A stretch of DNA of 64,000 nt from Pseudoxanthomonas sp. (GCA_036383995.1 DASVNG010000029.1:2351-66350); one strand, 5' to 3'. Counted from the stretch's first letter, positions 19,528-29,759 are shown. The notes: generated by a model not told the origin, from the letters alone. Made by a program: numbers and translations.

Positions 19528-19628
19528 GACGAACCTCTCTGCTTGATTCCGCTGGCCACCCCGCGCTTGCGGGGCGGCCAGGAGCAGGAATTTGCGAATG
19601 CGGACTGCTTGCCCAGTAGAAGCGGGGC

Positions 19629-20279
19629 TCAGTGGACGCGGAACAGCCCGGCGACATCCGGCACATAGCTGCTGCTGCGCACGCGGCGCTGGTGTTCGCG
19701 CAACCCTGCCTCGGCGCGGCGCGCGACTTCCCAGTCCTTGCGGTCGAAACGGAACGTTTCTATCTCCTGCTGGTGCAGACGCGCTTCGATCAGCCGCAGA
19801 CGGCAGAAGTCCTGATAGCTCAGCACTTCGCCGGCCAGCTGCGGCCAGACGGCTTCGACGACGATGGCGTCGTCCAACTGGCCCACCTGCGGGATCCAGT
19901 CGGGGATGAGGTCGTTGTGCCCGTTGAGGTAGTCCAGCACGGCGCTGGCCGGCGCCATCACTTCATTGGCGGGCTGCCAGCCGTGGTCGGCGAGCATGTT
20001 CGACAGCGAGCCGGCCTGTTCCAGCCGCTGGCGGATGCAGGTCGGGGTGGACTGCGAGCCGCAGGAATCGGCCAGCAGGCGCGCAGCGGTCACTACCTGG
20101 TCGCAGTCAAGCGCAGTCCGGTCGCCGGTCAAGGCGGAAAGCAACTGGTTGAAGCGTTCCATGTCCAGGGTGCTGAGACGGAAGCTTCCGATCCGGCGGC
20201 GACGGCTGGGGCGGTTGGGGTTGGTTCCGGGCAACAGCACCTGTGGCAGGGATTCGATGTGATTGGCGTTGGTGGACAT
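19629..20279 (-). CDS. Hypothetical protein with DUF1232 (YkvA-like) core motif
   Basis: 216 aa, ATG start, good GC3 bias. DLIPDWIPQVGQLDDAIVV matches the DUF1232 signature D-x-IPD-x-IP-x-x-G-x-x-DD. No obvious TM helices. Confidence 0.6.
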   Translation of the reverse strand: MSTNANHIESLPQVLLPGTNPNRPSRRRRIGSFRLSTLDMERFNQLLSALTGDRTALDCDQVVTAARLLADSCGSQSTPTCIRQRLEQAGSLSNMLADHGWQPANEVMAPASAVLDYLNGHNDLIPDWIPQVGQLDDAIVVEAVWPQLAGEVLSYQDFCRLRLIEARLHQQEIETFRFDRKDWEVARRAEAGLREHQRRVRSSSYVPDVAGLFRVH

Positions 20280-20425
20280 GATGGGTCTCCGGTAATGGAT
20301 GCTGGGAAAGGCACCCGGTTGGGTGCGCGGCCAGCTTCCGCCGGGTCCGTGGATGGGTCATGATGCCGACACGAAGCTTCCGCCAGCTTTTCAGCTGGAT
20401 TGCGAGGTTTCCATGAGGAATTGCA

Positions 20426-22624
20426 GTGGAGTCCGATTCGGGCACTAACGCAGGCACTCAGGGGGCAAAGCGATATCGCTTCGGCGACATCGTCGTGGAT
20501 GCGGTCGCGTACACGATCAGCCGCAACGGCCAATCGGTGGCAGTGGAACCCAAGGCCTTTTCCGTGCTGCTGGTGCTGCTGCGCCGCGCGGGCCAGTTGG
20601 TTCCGCGCGACGAATTGCTGGATGCGGTCTGGGGCCATCGCCATGTCACTCCCGGCGTGCTGACCCGGGCGATAGCGCAGTTGCGCAATGCGCTGGAAGA
20701 CCATGCCGAAGAACCACACTACATCCAGACCCAGCATGCGGTCGGCTACCGGTTCATCGGCGACCTGGTCGATGAACCGCCCGTTCTGCAAGAGGGGTTG
20801 ATCGAGCCTCAAGCCGAGCACGAGGATTCGGGAGCGGAAACCGGTGCTGTTCCTTCTGTCGAGGCGGGGCAGACCGACGCGATTCCACCAACCGGCCAGG
20901 CGTGGTGGAAATCCCCGGTTCCCTGGTTGTTGGCCGCAGCGCTTGCGCTGGCCTGGCTGATCCGCGACCGCATTCCAACGCGGGTCGCCCCCGCACAAGC
21001 TTCCATCGCGGTGATGCCTTTCACCAATCTGGGAAGCAACAAGGACGACGACTATTTCGCCGAAGGCCTGGCGGTGGAGATGCATGACGCCCTGGCCGGC
21101 GTGGAGGGGCTTAAAGTTGCCGCGCAGTTGTCGTCGTCGGTAGCAAAAATGGAGGGCTCGGATGTCAAGGCGCTGGGCAAGAACCTGGGCGTAGCCACCG
21201 TGCTTTACGCCAGCGTGCGTCGCGAAGGGGAGCGGGTCCGCATCAATGCGCGCCTGTCCGATACCTCCACGGGTTACACCCTGTGGAGCCACAGCTATGA
21301 CCGTCAGCTTTCCGATGTGTTCGCTACCCAGGTCGAGATCGCCGACGAAGTCGTGCAATCGCTGATGAATGTGCTTCCCCAGCAGCGTGAAGCGATCGAA
21401 AAACGCTTGACGCCGACCAGGAGCGCGATCGCCTTCGATGCCTATCTGCGTGGTCTGAAGCAGTTGCTGCAGCCGGAGTCGGGCGGCGACGCGCGGAACG
21501 CAATCGCCTACTTCAACCAAGCGTTGTCGACCGATCGCAAGTTCTCGCGCGCGCAGGCGGGAATCTGTCGGGCCGAAGTCGCCGATTTCATCGACCGCCA
21601 CGATGCCGCCGCCTTCGGTCGCGCGCAGGCCAGCTGCGAACGGGCACGCGGCATGGACCCGGGATTGAGCGAAGTCAATCTCGCCCTGGCCGAGTTGCAT
21701 CACGCCGCTGGCGAGTATGGAAAGGCGGTCGAATACTTCACCAAGGCCGAATCCGACCCGGCCAGCCGTCCGGCGGCTTACGTCGGCATCGCCATCGTGC
21801 ATGCCGAGCAAGGGCGGGAAGCGCAGGCGCTGGACTATTTCAATCGTGCCTTGGCGCTGCGCCCGGGCAATCCCCGCATCCATGCCCAGATCGGCTACCG
21901 GCATTTCCTGGCGGGGCGACTGCCGGAAGCCATCGCCTCTTATCGCAAAGCGGTCGAACTGCAGCCCGACGATGTAGATCTATGGAGTTATCTCGCTGGC
22001 GTCTATCTGACCGCCGGACAAGTCGCCGAGGCCGAGCGCGCCTTGGCCCGGTCCATCTCCATCAGGCCCAGTTACGCGGCATTGACCAATCTCGGCGAGA
22101 TCAAGTACCTCTCCGGCCGCTACGCCGAAGCCGTGGAGCTGCAGCGACGCGCTGTGCGACTGGACCCATCGGATCACCTGACCTGGGGCAACCTGGGGCA
22201 GGCGCAGCTGGCCGACCCGGCCACGGCAGGCGAAGCGCCCGCGGCGTTCCGCGAGGCGGCACAACGCGCGCAACGCTATGTCGAGATCAAAACGGACGAT
22301 GCCAAGACATTGGCGGCGCTTGGGTGGTATCGCGCCAACTTGGGGGAAACGCAGCTGGCACGACAACTGGTCGTCCGTTCCGAAGCCTTGGGCGGCGAGC
22401 CGGGCGAAGTGGCGCTGTACAACGCGCAGACCCTGACCAGCCTGGGCGATCTCGATCAGGCGCGCGAGCGCGTCGCTGCCGCGCGTGCCGCGGGGATCGT
22501 CGAGGACCGGATCGTCGGCAATGCGGCTCTGCGCCGGATCGTCGCGGATGCCCGCGCTGCGGATTCGAGTAAATCCCGCAAAACCGCCCCGAGCAGCAGC
22601 GACGGGCCCACACCAGGAGGATGA
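20426..22624 (+). CDS. ToxR/CadC-like membrane-bound winged-helix transcriptional regulator with periplasmic TolB-N-like and TPR domains
   Basis: 732 aa; GTG start with gaggaa upstream. N-terminal OmpR/PhoB-type wHTH (YRFGDIVVD...VAVEPKAFSVLLVLLRRAGQLVPRDELLDAVWG...VGYRF). One TM helix (PVPWLLAAALALAWLI). Then IAVMPFTNLGSNKDDDYFAEGL and multiple TPR-like repeats. Confidence 0.78.
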   Translation: MESDSGTNAGTQGAKRYRFGDIVVDAVAYTISRNGQSVAVEPKAFSVLLVLLRRAGQLVPRDELLDAVWGHRHVTPGVLTRAIAQLRNALEDHAEEPHYIQTQHAVGYRFIGDLVDEPPVLQEGLIEPQAEHEDSGAETGAVPSVEAGQTDAIPPTGQAWWKSPVPWLLAAALALAWLIRDRIPTRVAPAQASIAVMPFTNLGSNKDDDYFAEGLAVEMHDALAGVEGLKVAAQLSSSVAKMEGSDVKALGKNLGVATVLYASVRREGERVRINARLSDTSTGYTLWSHSYDRQLSDVFATQVEIADEVVQSLMNVLPQQREAIEKRLTPTRSAIAFDAYLRGLKQLLQPESGGDARNAIAYFNQALSTDRKFSRAQAGICRAEVADFIDRHDAAAFGRAQASCERARGMDPGLSEVNLALAELHHAAGEYGKAVEYFTKAESDPASRPAAYVGIAIVHAEQGREAQALDYFNRALALRPGNPRIHAQIGYRHFLAGRLPEAIASYRKAVELQPDDVDLWSYLAGVYLTAGQVAEAERALARSISIRPSYAALTNLGEIKYLSGRYAEAVELQRRAVRLDPSDHLTWGNLGQAQLADPATAGEAPAAFREAAQRAQRYVEIKTDDAKTLAALGWYRANLGETQLARQLVVRSEALGGEPGEVALYNAQTLTSLGDLDQARERVAAARAAGIVEDRIVGNAALRRIVADARAADSSKSRKTAPSSSDGPTPGG

Positions 22625-22625
22625 G

Positions 22626-22964
22626 ATGGCCACTGCACGCAAGACAGCCAGCAAGGCGTACGAGAGAAATGCCGCGAAGAAAGTGGTAAAGAAAATCCCC
22701 AAGAAAAAAATCGGCGGCGCGAAGGGCAAGAACATCGTTGAAAAGGTCCGGGTTGAGCTGAGCGCCGGACGATTCATAGACATCCTGATCACGGTCGCTT
22801 CAGGGCCGAAGGTCGGGCCGGGCCCGAGGCCGAACATTCAGGAGACGGTCCTGCTGCGGCGGATCGACGACGAGCAGGTGCTGACCATCAGCGCCGAACT
22901 GGGCCGCCACGCGACCGCAGGGATCAAGGTAGCGCCGGGGAAACCGCCGACAGGGGGCAACTAG
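22626..22964 (+). CDS. Small Lys-rich hypothetical protein (112 aa), coupled to the upstream regulator
   Basis: ATG at 22626, 2 nt after the regulator TGA (22622-22624). AGGAGG at 22615-22620. N-terminus [36 protein letters not shown]. The 3' end overlaps the rnhB 3' end convergently by 41 nt. Confidence 0.45.
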   Translation: MATARKTASKAYERNAAKKVVKKIPKKKIGGAKGKNIVEKVRVELSAGRFIDILITVASGPKVGPGPRPNIQETVLLRRIDDEQVLTISAELGRHATAGIKVAPGKPPTGGN

Positions 22965-23580
22965 CGGTGGCGGCATGACGCACCGGCGCGAAACTGCGCC
23001 GGTGCTGCGGGCAAGGCCCATGCTTGGCCAGCGCGGCCAGATGCGAAGGCGTGGCATAACCCTTGTGGACGGCGAAGCCGTAAGCGGGGAATTCATCGTG
23101 CAGGGCGACCATCAAGCGGTCACGGGTGACCTTGGCCAGGATCGAAGCGGCCATGATCGAGCGATCCAGCCGGTCGCCGCCGATCAGCGTTTCGGCGCGG
23201 CACGGCAATCCCTTCGGCAACGCATTGCCGTCGATGCGCGCCAGTTGCGCGACATGGGCTACGCCCTCCACCGCGAGCCGCATCCCCAGCATCGTGGCCT
23301 GGTAGATGTTCAGCCGGTCGATCTCGTCCGCTTCCACCAGCACCACGCGCCAGGCCAGCGCGCGTTCGACGATGCGCGCGTATAAAGTTTCGCGCCGTGC
23401 GGCGTTGAGTTGTTTGGAATCGTCCAACCCGTTGATGCGCGGACGGGCAGGGTCGAAGACCACCGCGGCGACCGCCACCGGTCCGGCGAGCGGCCCTCGG
23501 CCCGCTTCGTCCACGCCCGCGATGAGCAAGGGGCCGGCGACGCCTGGCACCGAAGGAAAATCGAGCGCACGCTGGTTCAC
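22924..23580 (-). CDS. rnhB: Ribonuclease HII
   Basis: 218 aa from GTG 23580, overlapping the lpxB stop (GTGA). Motifs [14 protein letters not shown] and DDSK. lpxB-rnhB synteny. The track ORF 22924..24597 is an artificial extension. Confidence 0.88.
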   Translation of the reverse strand: MNQRALDFPSVPGVAGPLLIAGVDEAGRGPLAGPVAVAAVVFDPARPRINGLDDSKQLNAARRETLYARIVERALAWRVVLVEADEIDRLNIYQATMLGMRLAVEGVAHVAQLARIDGNALPKGLPCRAETLIGGDRLDRSIMAASILAKVTRDRLMVALHDEFPAYGFAVHKGYATPSHLAALAKHGPCPQHRRSFAPVRHAATASCPLSAVSPALP

Positions 23581-24833
23581 GGCCCGACATCCTTCGGCAG
23601 CAACCCGGCGATGGCGTCGGCCGCGCGTGCGGACGCATCCTGGCGCAGCGTTTCGTGGATCTCGCGGTAACGCGGTTGCAGCGCGCCGGTGATTTCCGGG
23701 TGCTGGAACTGGTTCAACACGGCCGCGGCCAGATTCTCCGGCGTGCATTCGTCCTGCATCAGTTCCGGCGCCACATCGCTGCCGGCCAGCACGTTGGGAA
23801 GCGCGTAGCGGTCCACTTTCAGCATTCCGAACGCCTTGACGATGCGGTAGGTCAGCGGCGCCACTTTGTAGCCGACCACCATCGCGCGCTTGGCCAGCAT
23901 CGCCTCCAGCGTGGCCGTGCCGGAGGCCAGCAACACCACGTCGGCCGCCACCATCGCTTCGCGTGCGCGGCCGTCGGTCAGCGTCGGCGGCGTGGCGAAT
24001 CCGGCCTCGGCGATCAGCGGCCGCAGCGCATCCGCACAAGCGGAATTGGCCGCAGGCACCACGATCTGCAGATACGGAACGGATTCGGAAACGATCCGCG
24101 CCGCCCGCAGGAAAATCTTGCCGAGCCGCCCGATTTCTCCCAGCCGGCTGCCCGGCAGTACCGCCAGCACCGGCGTGTAGGCATGCAGGCGCAGCGCCTC
24201 GCGCGCGGCGGCCTGGTCGGGCTCGACCGGCATCTCGTCGGCCATCGGGTGGCCGACGAAACGCGCATCGATGCCATGACGCGCGTAGATCGGCGGTTCC
24301 ATCGGAAACAGGCACAGCACCAGGTCCGCGCTGGCGCCGATCTTCTGCGCGCGCTTTTCGCGCCAGGCCCATACCGAAGGACTGACGTAATGCACGGTGC
24401 GCACTCCGCGCTGCTTCAACCAGCGCTCCACGCCCAGATTGAAATCCGGCGCATCGATGCCGATGAACACATCGGGCTTCCATGCCAGCGCGCGCTCGCG
24501 GAACTGGCCCCGCAGCTTCAACAGGCGCGGCAGGTGGCTGAGCACTTCGGACAGCCCCATCACCGCCAGTTCGCCCGCGTCGTGCCAGGTATCGCAACCG
24601 GCTTCGCGCATCGCTTTGCCACCGATGCCGGCGAATTCGGCGTTGGGGAAACGCTTGCGCAGTTCGCCGATCAATCCCGCGCCCAGCGCGTCGCCCGAAG
24701 CCTCACCGGCGACCAACGCGATGCGCTGCGCGCGCCGTTGGACCTGCAGCATTCCGGGATCGGCGGCAAGATCGGACAGGGTCGGCGCCGTAGCGTCGTT
24801 CCCGGTCGCCGCGCCGCGCCGCCAGCCGCTCAT
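23577..24833 (-). CDS. lpxB: Lipid-A-disaccharide synthase
   Basis: 418 aa; ATG 24833 overlaps the lpxA stop (ATGA). [20 protein letters not shown]-terminal motif. An internal start at MLQVQ is also possible. Confidence 0.9.
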   Translation of the reverse strand: MSGWRRGAATGNDATAPTLSDLAADPGMLQVQRRAQRIALVAGEASGDALGAGLIGELRKRFPNAEFAGIGGKAMREAGCDTWHDAGELAVMGLSEVLSHLPRLLKLRGQFRERALAWKPDVFIGIDAPDFNLGVERWLKQRGVRTVHYVSPSVWAWREKRAQKIGASADLVLCLFPMEPPIYARHGIDARFVGHPMADEMPVEPDQAAAREALRLHAYTPVLAVLPGSRLGEIGRLGKIFLRAARIVSESVPYLQIVVPAANSACADALRPLIAEAGFATPPTLTDGRAREAMVAADVVLLASGTATLEAMLAKRAMVVGYKVAPLTYRIVKAFGMLKVDRYALPNVLAGSDVAPELMQDECTPENLAAAVLNQFQHPEITGALQPRYREIHETLRQDASARAADAIAGLLPKDVGP

Positions 24834-25618
24834 CGCAACAGGGGCCGTTCGCCGCTTTCGATGAAATCCAGCAGCGCGCGCACATCGTCGCTGTCGCGCG
24901 CCTGCTCGGCCAGCTGCTGCTTGGCCTCGGCCAACGGCAGGCCCGCGACGTACAGGGTGCGGTAAGCGCGTTTGATCGCGCTGATGCGGTCGGCGTCGAA
25001 ACCGCGGCGTTTGAGGCCTTCGCTGTTGATGCCGCGCGGGCGGCCCTGGGCCTCGGTCGCGACCATGGTGTAGGGCGGCACGTCGCCGCTGACCAGCACG
25101 CCCATGCCCAGGAACGCATGGGCGCCGATGCGGCAGAACTGATGCACGCCGGCGAAGCCGCTCATGATCACCCAGTCGCCGATCTGCACGTGGCCGGCCA
25201 GGGTGGAGTTGTTGGAGAACACGCAGAAGTTGCCGACCTTGCAGTCGTGCGCGACGTGCGTGTAGGCCAGCAGCCAGTTGTCGTCGCCGATGCGGGTGGT
25301 CCCGCCGCCGTCGCCGGTGCCGCGGTTGACGGTGACGAACTCGCGGATGGTGTTGCGGTCGCCGATGACCAGTTCCGTGCGCTCGCCCTTGAATTTCTTG
25401 TCCTGCGGGTCGCCGCCTATCGCCGCATGGCCGACGATGTGGTTGTCGCGGCCGATACGGGTGGCGCCGGTGATGCTGCAGTGCGGCCCGATGACGCTGC
25501 CGTCGCCTATTTCCACATCGGCGCCGATGCTGGTGAACGCACCGACGCGCACGTTAGAGCCGAGCCTGGCGGCCGGATCGATCGATGCGCTGGGATGGAT
25601 CGCGGGCGCCGGGCTCAT
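24830..25618 (-). CDS. lpxA: UDP-N-acetylglucosamine O-acyltransferase
   Basis: 262 aa with hexapeptide repeats. [15 protein letters not shown]-terminus. Canonical operon position. Confidence 0.95.
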   Translation of the reverse strand: MSPAPAIHPSASIDPAARLGSNVRVGAFTSIGADVEIGDGSVIGPHCSITGATRIGRDNHIVGHAAIGGDPQDKKFKGERTELVIGDRNTIREFVTVNRGTGDGGGTTRIGDDNWLLAYTHVAHDCKVGNFCVFSNNSTLAGHVQIGDWVIMSGFAGVHQFCRIGAHAFLGMGVLVSGDVPPYTMVATEAQGRPRGINSEGLKRRGFDADRISAIKRAYRTLYVAGLPLAEAKQQLAEQARDSDDVRALLDFIESGERPLLR

Positions 25619-25621
25619 GCG

Positions 25622-26080
25622 CTACTCCTTCTCGGTTTCGGCGCACAGCACGTCGGCCGAGGCCACTTCCTCGCCGCCGACGCGCGCCACGCAGGTATAG
25701 AAGGTCATGGTGCGGATGATGCGCTTGATCTGCACGTGCAGTTCCAGCACGTCGCCGGGCACCACCATGCGCGAAAAACGCGCGTTGTCTATCTTGACCA
25801 GATAGAACAACTTGTTGTCCGCGACCGTGCCGCGCGAAAGCTGGGTCAATACGCCGCCCGCCTGCGCCAGCGCTTCGATCACCAATACCCCCGGCATCAC
25901 CGGATGCCCGCTGAAATGGCCCTGGAAGAACGGTTCGTTGATGCTGACGTTCTTCAACGCGACGATGCTCTTGTGGGCTTCGAACTCGACCACCCGGTCC
26001 ACCAGCAGGAACGGGTAGCGGTGCGGCAGCAATTGCTGGATGCGGGTCACGTCGATGGGCAGTTTCACGGGTTCGTTCAC
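25622..26080 (-). CDS. fabZ: 3-hydroxyacyl-ACP dehydratase FabZ
   Basis: 152 aa from GTG 26080, overlapping the lpxD stop. [14 protein letters not shown] and FFQGHFPxxPVMPGVL-type motif ([16 protein letters not shown]). Confidence 0.95.
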   Translation of the reverse strand: MNEPVKLPIDVTRIQQLLPHRYPFLLVDRVVEFEAHKSIVALKNVSINEPFFQGHFSGHPVMPGVLVIEALAQAGGVLTQLSRGTVADNKLFYLVKIDNARFSRMVVPGDVLELHVQIKRIIRTMTFYTCVARVGGEEVASADVLCAETEKE

Positions 26081-27099
26081 TCTTCCTCCTTGCGCACGCC
26101 GGGGATGCGTCGCGCCAATGAATCCAGTTGTTTGAAGCGGGCCGCGTTCTTGCGCCAGCTGCGGTTGTCGGTCAACGGCGTGCCCGAGGAGTACTCGCCG
26201 GGTTCGCGGATCGAATGGGTTACCAGCGACATCGCGGTGATGGTCACCTTGTCGCATATTTCCAGATGGCCCAGAACGCCCGCTGCGCCGCCGATCAGGC
26301 AGTAGCGGCCGATCCTGGCGCTGCCGGCCGCCGCGCTGCAGCCGGCCATCGCCGTATGCGCGCCGATGTGCACGTTGTGTCCGATCTGGATCTGGTTGTC
26401 CAGGCGCACATCCTCTTCCAGCACGGTGTCGCCCAGCGCGCCGCGATCGATGCAGGTATTGGCGCCGATCTCGCAGTCGTCGCCGACCGCCACGCCGCCC
26501 AGTTGCGGCACTTTGATCCAGTGGCCGGCGTCCATGGCCAGGCCGAAACCGTCCGCGCCCAGCACCGCGCCAGGATGGATGCGCACCCGCCGTCCCAACC
26601 GTACCCGGGTCACCAGGGTCACCCGCGCGATCAGCTCGCTGCCTGCGCCGATCTCGCAATCTTCGCCGATCACGCAACCCGGCCCGATCACGCAGCCTTC
26701 GCCGATGACGCTGTTGGCGCCGATCACCACGAAAGGACCGATATGCACGCCGTTGGCAATGCGCGCAGCGGGGTCGATCACCGCCGAGGGATGGACCCCG
26801 GGATCGCGAGCCGGCTGCCGGTCGAACAGCGCGGCGATTTTGGCGAAGGTAGTGTATGGGTCGCGGGCGATCAGCACGGTGCCAGAGGCTTCGGCGGCGT
26901 CCTGCTCGCGCAACACCACGACCGAGGCGCTGCTGGCCGACAACTGGTTGCGGTAGCGCGGATTGGCCAGGAAAGCCAACTGGCCCTCGCTTGCGCCGGA
27001 AAGAGTGCCCACGCCGCGTATGCGCAGGCCGCCGTCGCCGCGCAACACCAGGGCGTAGCGTTCGGCGATCTCGTCGGCGGTGATGCTGAAGGTATCCAC
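26077..27099 (-). CDS. lpxD: UDP-3-O-acylglucosamine N-acyltransferase
   Basis: 340 aa, GTG start. Hexapeptide repeats; LAFLANPRYRNQL matches the LpxD N-terminal domain. Confidence 0.95.
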   Translation of the reverse strand: MDTFSITADEIAERYALVLRGDGGLRIRGVGTLSGASEGQLAFLANPRYRNQLSASSASVVVLREQDAAEASGTVLIARDPYTTFAKIAALFDRQPARDPGVHPSAVIDPAARIANGVHIGPFVVIGANSVIGEGCVIGPGCVIGEDCEIGAGSELIARVTLVTRVRLGRRVRIHPGAVLGADGFGLAMDAGHWIKVPQLGGVAVGDDCEIGANTCIDRGALGDTVLEEDVRLDNQIQIGHNVHIGAHTAMAGCSAAAGSARIGRYCLIGGAAGVLGHLEICDKVTITAMSLVTHSIREPGEYSSGTPLTDNRSWRKNAARFKQLDSLARRIPGVRKEEE

Positions 27100-27192
27100 T
27101 GGGCGCAGTTTAACGTCTTGGGCGGGGCCGCGTAGAAGAAAGGCCCGGGGTTGCCCGGGCCTTGAGGGGATGCAGTGCCTGCGCGGCGATGC

Positions 27193-29643
27193 TCAGAACG
27201 CGCCGCCGAAGGTGAACTGCAGGCGCTCGATCTCGTCGTCGTCTTCCTTGCGCAGCGGGAACGCGTAGCTGATCGAGATCGGCCCGACCGGCGCACGCCA
27301 CAGCAGCGAGATGCCGGTGGAAGCGCGCAGCTCGCCCGCATCGAAGCTGTCGGTGTCGGCGTAGACGTTGCCGAAATCCACGAACGCCGAAACGCGGGCG
27401 GCCTTGGAGTCGAACAGTTTCGGGAAATACATTTCCAGCGAACCGGTGGTCTTCAGCGATCCGCCCAGGGGCTGTCCGCGAACGCCGGTCACGCTTTCCT
27501 CGGAGCGCGGGCCCAGCGTGTTGTCGCGGAAGCCGCGCACCGAGCGCACGCCGCCGGCGTAGAAGTTCTCGAAGAAAGGCAGGCCCGTTGCGGTAACCGT
27601 GCCGGTCTCGATGCTGCCGGGTGCGCATTCCGCCGGGGTCGCCTTGGTCTGGGGATTGCTGGGGAGGACCGAGCAGAAGCGCCGCGTGGTATCGCTGCCG
27701 TAACTGTCGCCGTAGCCCAGCTCGGCGCGCGTGTTCAGCACCAGCGACTGGCTGAGCGGCCAGTACTTGGAGAACTCGTAATTGACCTTGAAGTACTCGA
27801 CCGTGGAGCCGGGCAGGGTGATTTCGGTGGACACGCGCTGGTAGGTGCCGCGGGTGGGCATGAAGTAGTCGTTGCGCGTGTCTCGCGCCCAGCCCAGTTC
27901 GGTGCGCCAGGCGTGGAAGGTGCGCGTTCCGACGGCATCGATGTAGTCGATGATCGAATCGGGCGTGGAACCGCGGAAGGTCAGGATTTCGTTGGTGTCG
28001 ATGCCGAACAGCAGCGAGACGGTGTCGTTCTCGGTGATCGGCAGGCCCAGTACGCCCTGCGCGGCGGCGCTGGTGGTCGAGTACTGCGCGGTGTTGAAGC
28101 TGGAGTAGTCGAACTCGCGCCACCACAGGTTGTAGCCCAGCGACATGCCTTCGTCGGTGAAGAACGGATTGACGAACGAGAACGAATAACGCTGCAGGTA
28201 GTCGCTGCGCTGCGCTTCCACCGAGACCCGGTTGCCGCCGCCCAGGAAGTTGTTCTGCGACAGCTGGATGGAGGTGGTGAGGCCGGACAGCTGCGAGTAG
28301 CCCAGGCCGAACACGAAGCTGCCCGAAGTGGTTTCCTTGACGTTGAAGACCACGTCCACTTCGTCGTTGCTGCCGGGCACCGGCGGGGTTTCCACATCGA
28401 CGGTCTCGAAATAGCCCAGGCGCTGCAGGCGGATCTTGGAACGGTCGATGGCCGCCTGCGAATACCAGCTGCCTTCGAATTGGCGCATCTCGCGGCGCAG
28501 CACTTCGTCGGCCGAACGGGTATTGCCCTTGAACACGATGCGGCGCACGTTCACGCGCGGGCCGGGGACGACCTGCAGGTTGATGGCGACGGTGCGGTTC
28601 TCGCGGTCCACGGTGGGGATGGGATTGACCTGCGAGAACGCGTAGCCGATGTTGCCCAGGGTGGAGGTGATGGCGTCGGAGGTGTATTCGAGCACGGCGC
28701 GCGAGAAGATCTGGTCCTTCTTCACCAGCACCAGCCGCTCGATGTCTTCCAGCGGCAGCACGGTATCGCCGGTGACTTTCACGTCGGACACTTTGTACTG
28801 CTCGCCTTCGGTGACGCCGGCGGTGAGGTACATGTCGCGCTTGTCGGGACTGATTGCCACCTGGGTGGAGTCCAGGGCGAAATCCACGTAACCGCGGTCC
28901 AGGTAATAGGAGTTCAGCTTCTCGATATCGCCCGAGAGCTTTTCACGCGAGTACTGGTCGTCGCGGCGGTACCAGGACAGCCAGTTGCTCTCCTTGGATT
29001 CCCAACTGTCCAGGATGTCCTTGTTCTCGAACTTCTCGGTGCCGATCAGGTTGATGTGGCGGATCTTGGCGGCCTTGCCTTCCTTGACGTTGATGGTGAT
29101 GTCGACCCGGTTGCGGTCCAGCTTGGTCACCGTCGGGTTGATTTCGACGTTGTACTTGCCGCGGTTGTTGTACTGCTTGGTCAACTCTTGGGTAACGCGG
29201 TCCAGGGCCAGGCGGTCGAAGGTTTCGCCTTCGGCCAGGCCGATGTCCTGCAGGCCCTTGGTCAGGTCTTCGGTCTTGATGTCCTTGTTGCCGCTCAGGG
29301 TCAGTTTGTTGATCGCCGGGCGCTCGGCCACGGTGATCACCAGGATGTCGCCCTGGCGGTCGAGTTTGACGTCTTCGAAGAAGCCGGTGCGGTACAGCGC
29401 GCGGATCGCTTCGCCGATCTTGGTGGAATCGACCGCGTCGCCGCGTTCGATCGGAAGGTAGGTGAGCACGGTGCCGGCCGAAATGCGCTGCAGGCCGTCG
29501 ATGCGGATGTCGCTGGCGGTGAAGGCGTCCGCACTGGCGGTCGCCGGCAGGCCGAATTCCGTCGTCTGCGCCCAGGCCGGCAATGCGATGGCCGAGGCCA
29601 GGGCGAGGGCGAGCAGGCGGCGGGTGGGGAGTCGCGTCATCAT
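27193..29643 (-). CDS. bamA: Outer membrane protein assembly factor BamA
   Basis: ATG 29643/29640 gives the signal peptide MMTRLPTRRLLALALASAIALPAWA. POTRA repeats, then a barrel ending ...ERLQFTFGGAF (C-terminal Phe). The track ORF start at 29760 is an extension. Confidence 0.95.
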   Translation of the reverse strand: MMTRLPTRRLLALALASAIALPAWAQTTEFGLPATASADAFTASDIRIDGLQRISAGTVLTYLPIERGDAVDSTKIGEAIRALYRTGFFEDVKLDRQGDILVITVAERPAINKLTLSGNKDIKTEDLTKGLQDIGLAEGETFDRLALDRVTQELTKQYNNRGKYNVEINPTVTKLDRNRVDITINVKEGKAAKIRHINLIGTEKFENKDILDSWESKESNWLSWYRRDDQYSREKLSGDIEKLNSYYLDRGYVDFALDSTQVAISPDKRDMYLTAGVTEGEQYKVSDVKVTGDTVLPLEDIERLVLVKKDQIFSRAVLEYTSDAITSTLGNIGYAFSQVNPIPTVDRENRTVAINLQVVPGPRVNVRRIVFKGNTRSADEVLRREMRQFEGSWYSQAAIDRSKIRLQRLGYFETVDVETPPVPGSNDEVDVVFNVKETTSGSFVFGLGYSQLSGLTTSIQLSQNNFLGGGNRVSVEAQRSDYLQRYSFSFVNPFFTDEGMSLGYNLWWREFDYSSFNTAQYSTTSAAAQGVLGLPITENDTVSLLFGIDTNEILTFRGSTPDSIIDYIDAVGTRTFHAWRTELGWARDTRNDYFMPTRGTYQRVSTEITLPGSTVEYFKVNYEFSKYWPLSQSLVLNTRAELGYGDSYGSDTTRRFCSVLPSNPQTKATPAECAPGSIETGTVTATGLPFFENFYAGGVRSVRGFRDNTLGPRSEESVTGVRGQPLGGSLKTTGSLEMYFPKLFDSKAARVSAFVDFGNVYADTDSFDAGELRASTGISLLWRAPVGPISISYAFPLRKEDDDEIERLQFTFGGAF

Positions 29644-29759
29644 CACATCCGATTGGGTGGGTGCTGCTGTTGCCTGCAAGGGCGCAGGGGTTTGCCGAAA
29701 TGGGGCCGGCGGGGAAATTGGGTGGAAGCGGGCCGGGAAGAACCGGGGAAGCAAAGCCA

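Noticed and set aside
20129-21904. 591-aa minus-strand ORF overlapping the ToxR/CadC-like regulator.
   Set aside because: The plus-strand frame has a clear winged-helix motif, a TM segment and TPR repeats. The minus frame is Arg/Gly/Ala-rich with no motif, so it is an antisense artefact.
22924-24597. Composite track ORFs that fuse a real 3' gene with an upstream out-of-context frame: 22924..24597 (rnhB), 25622..26677 (fabZ), 36539..37750 (cupin), 11549..12220 (xseB), 45573..48467 (glnD), 48289..49338 (dapD), 49537..51027 (dapE) and 53374..55989 (acylase).
   Set aside because: Internal ATG/GTG starts give homologue-length proteins and 1-4 nt coupling with the upstream gene. The extensions overlap neighbouring real genes.
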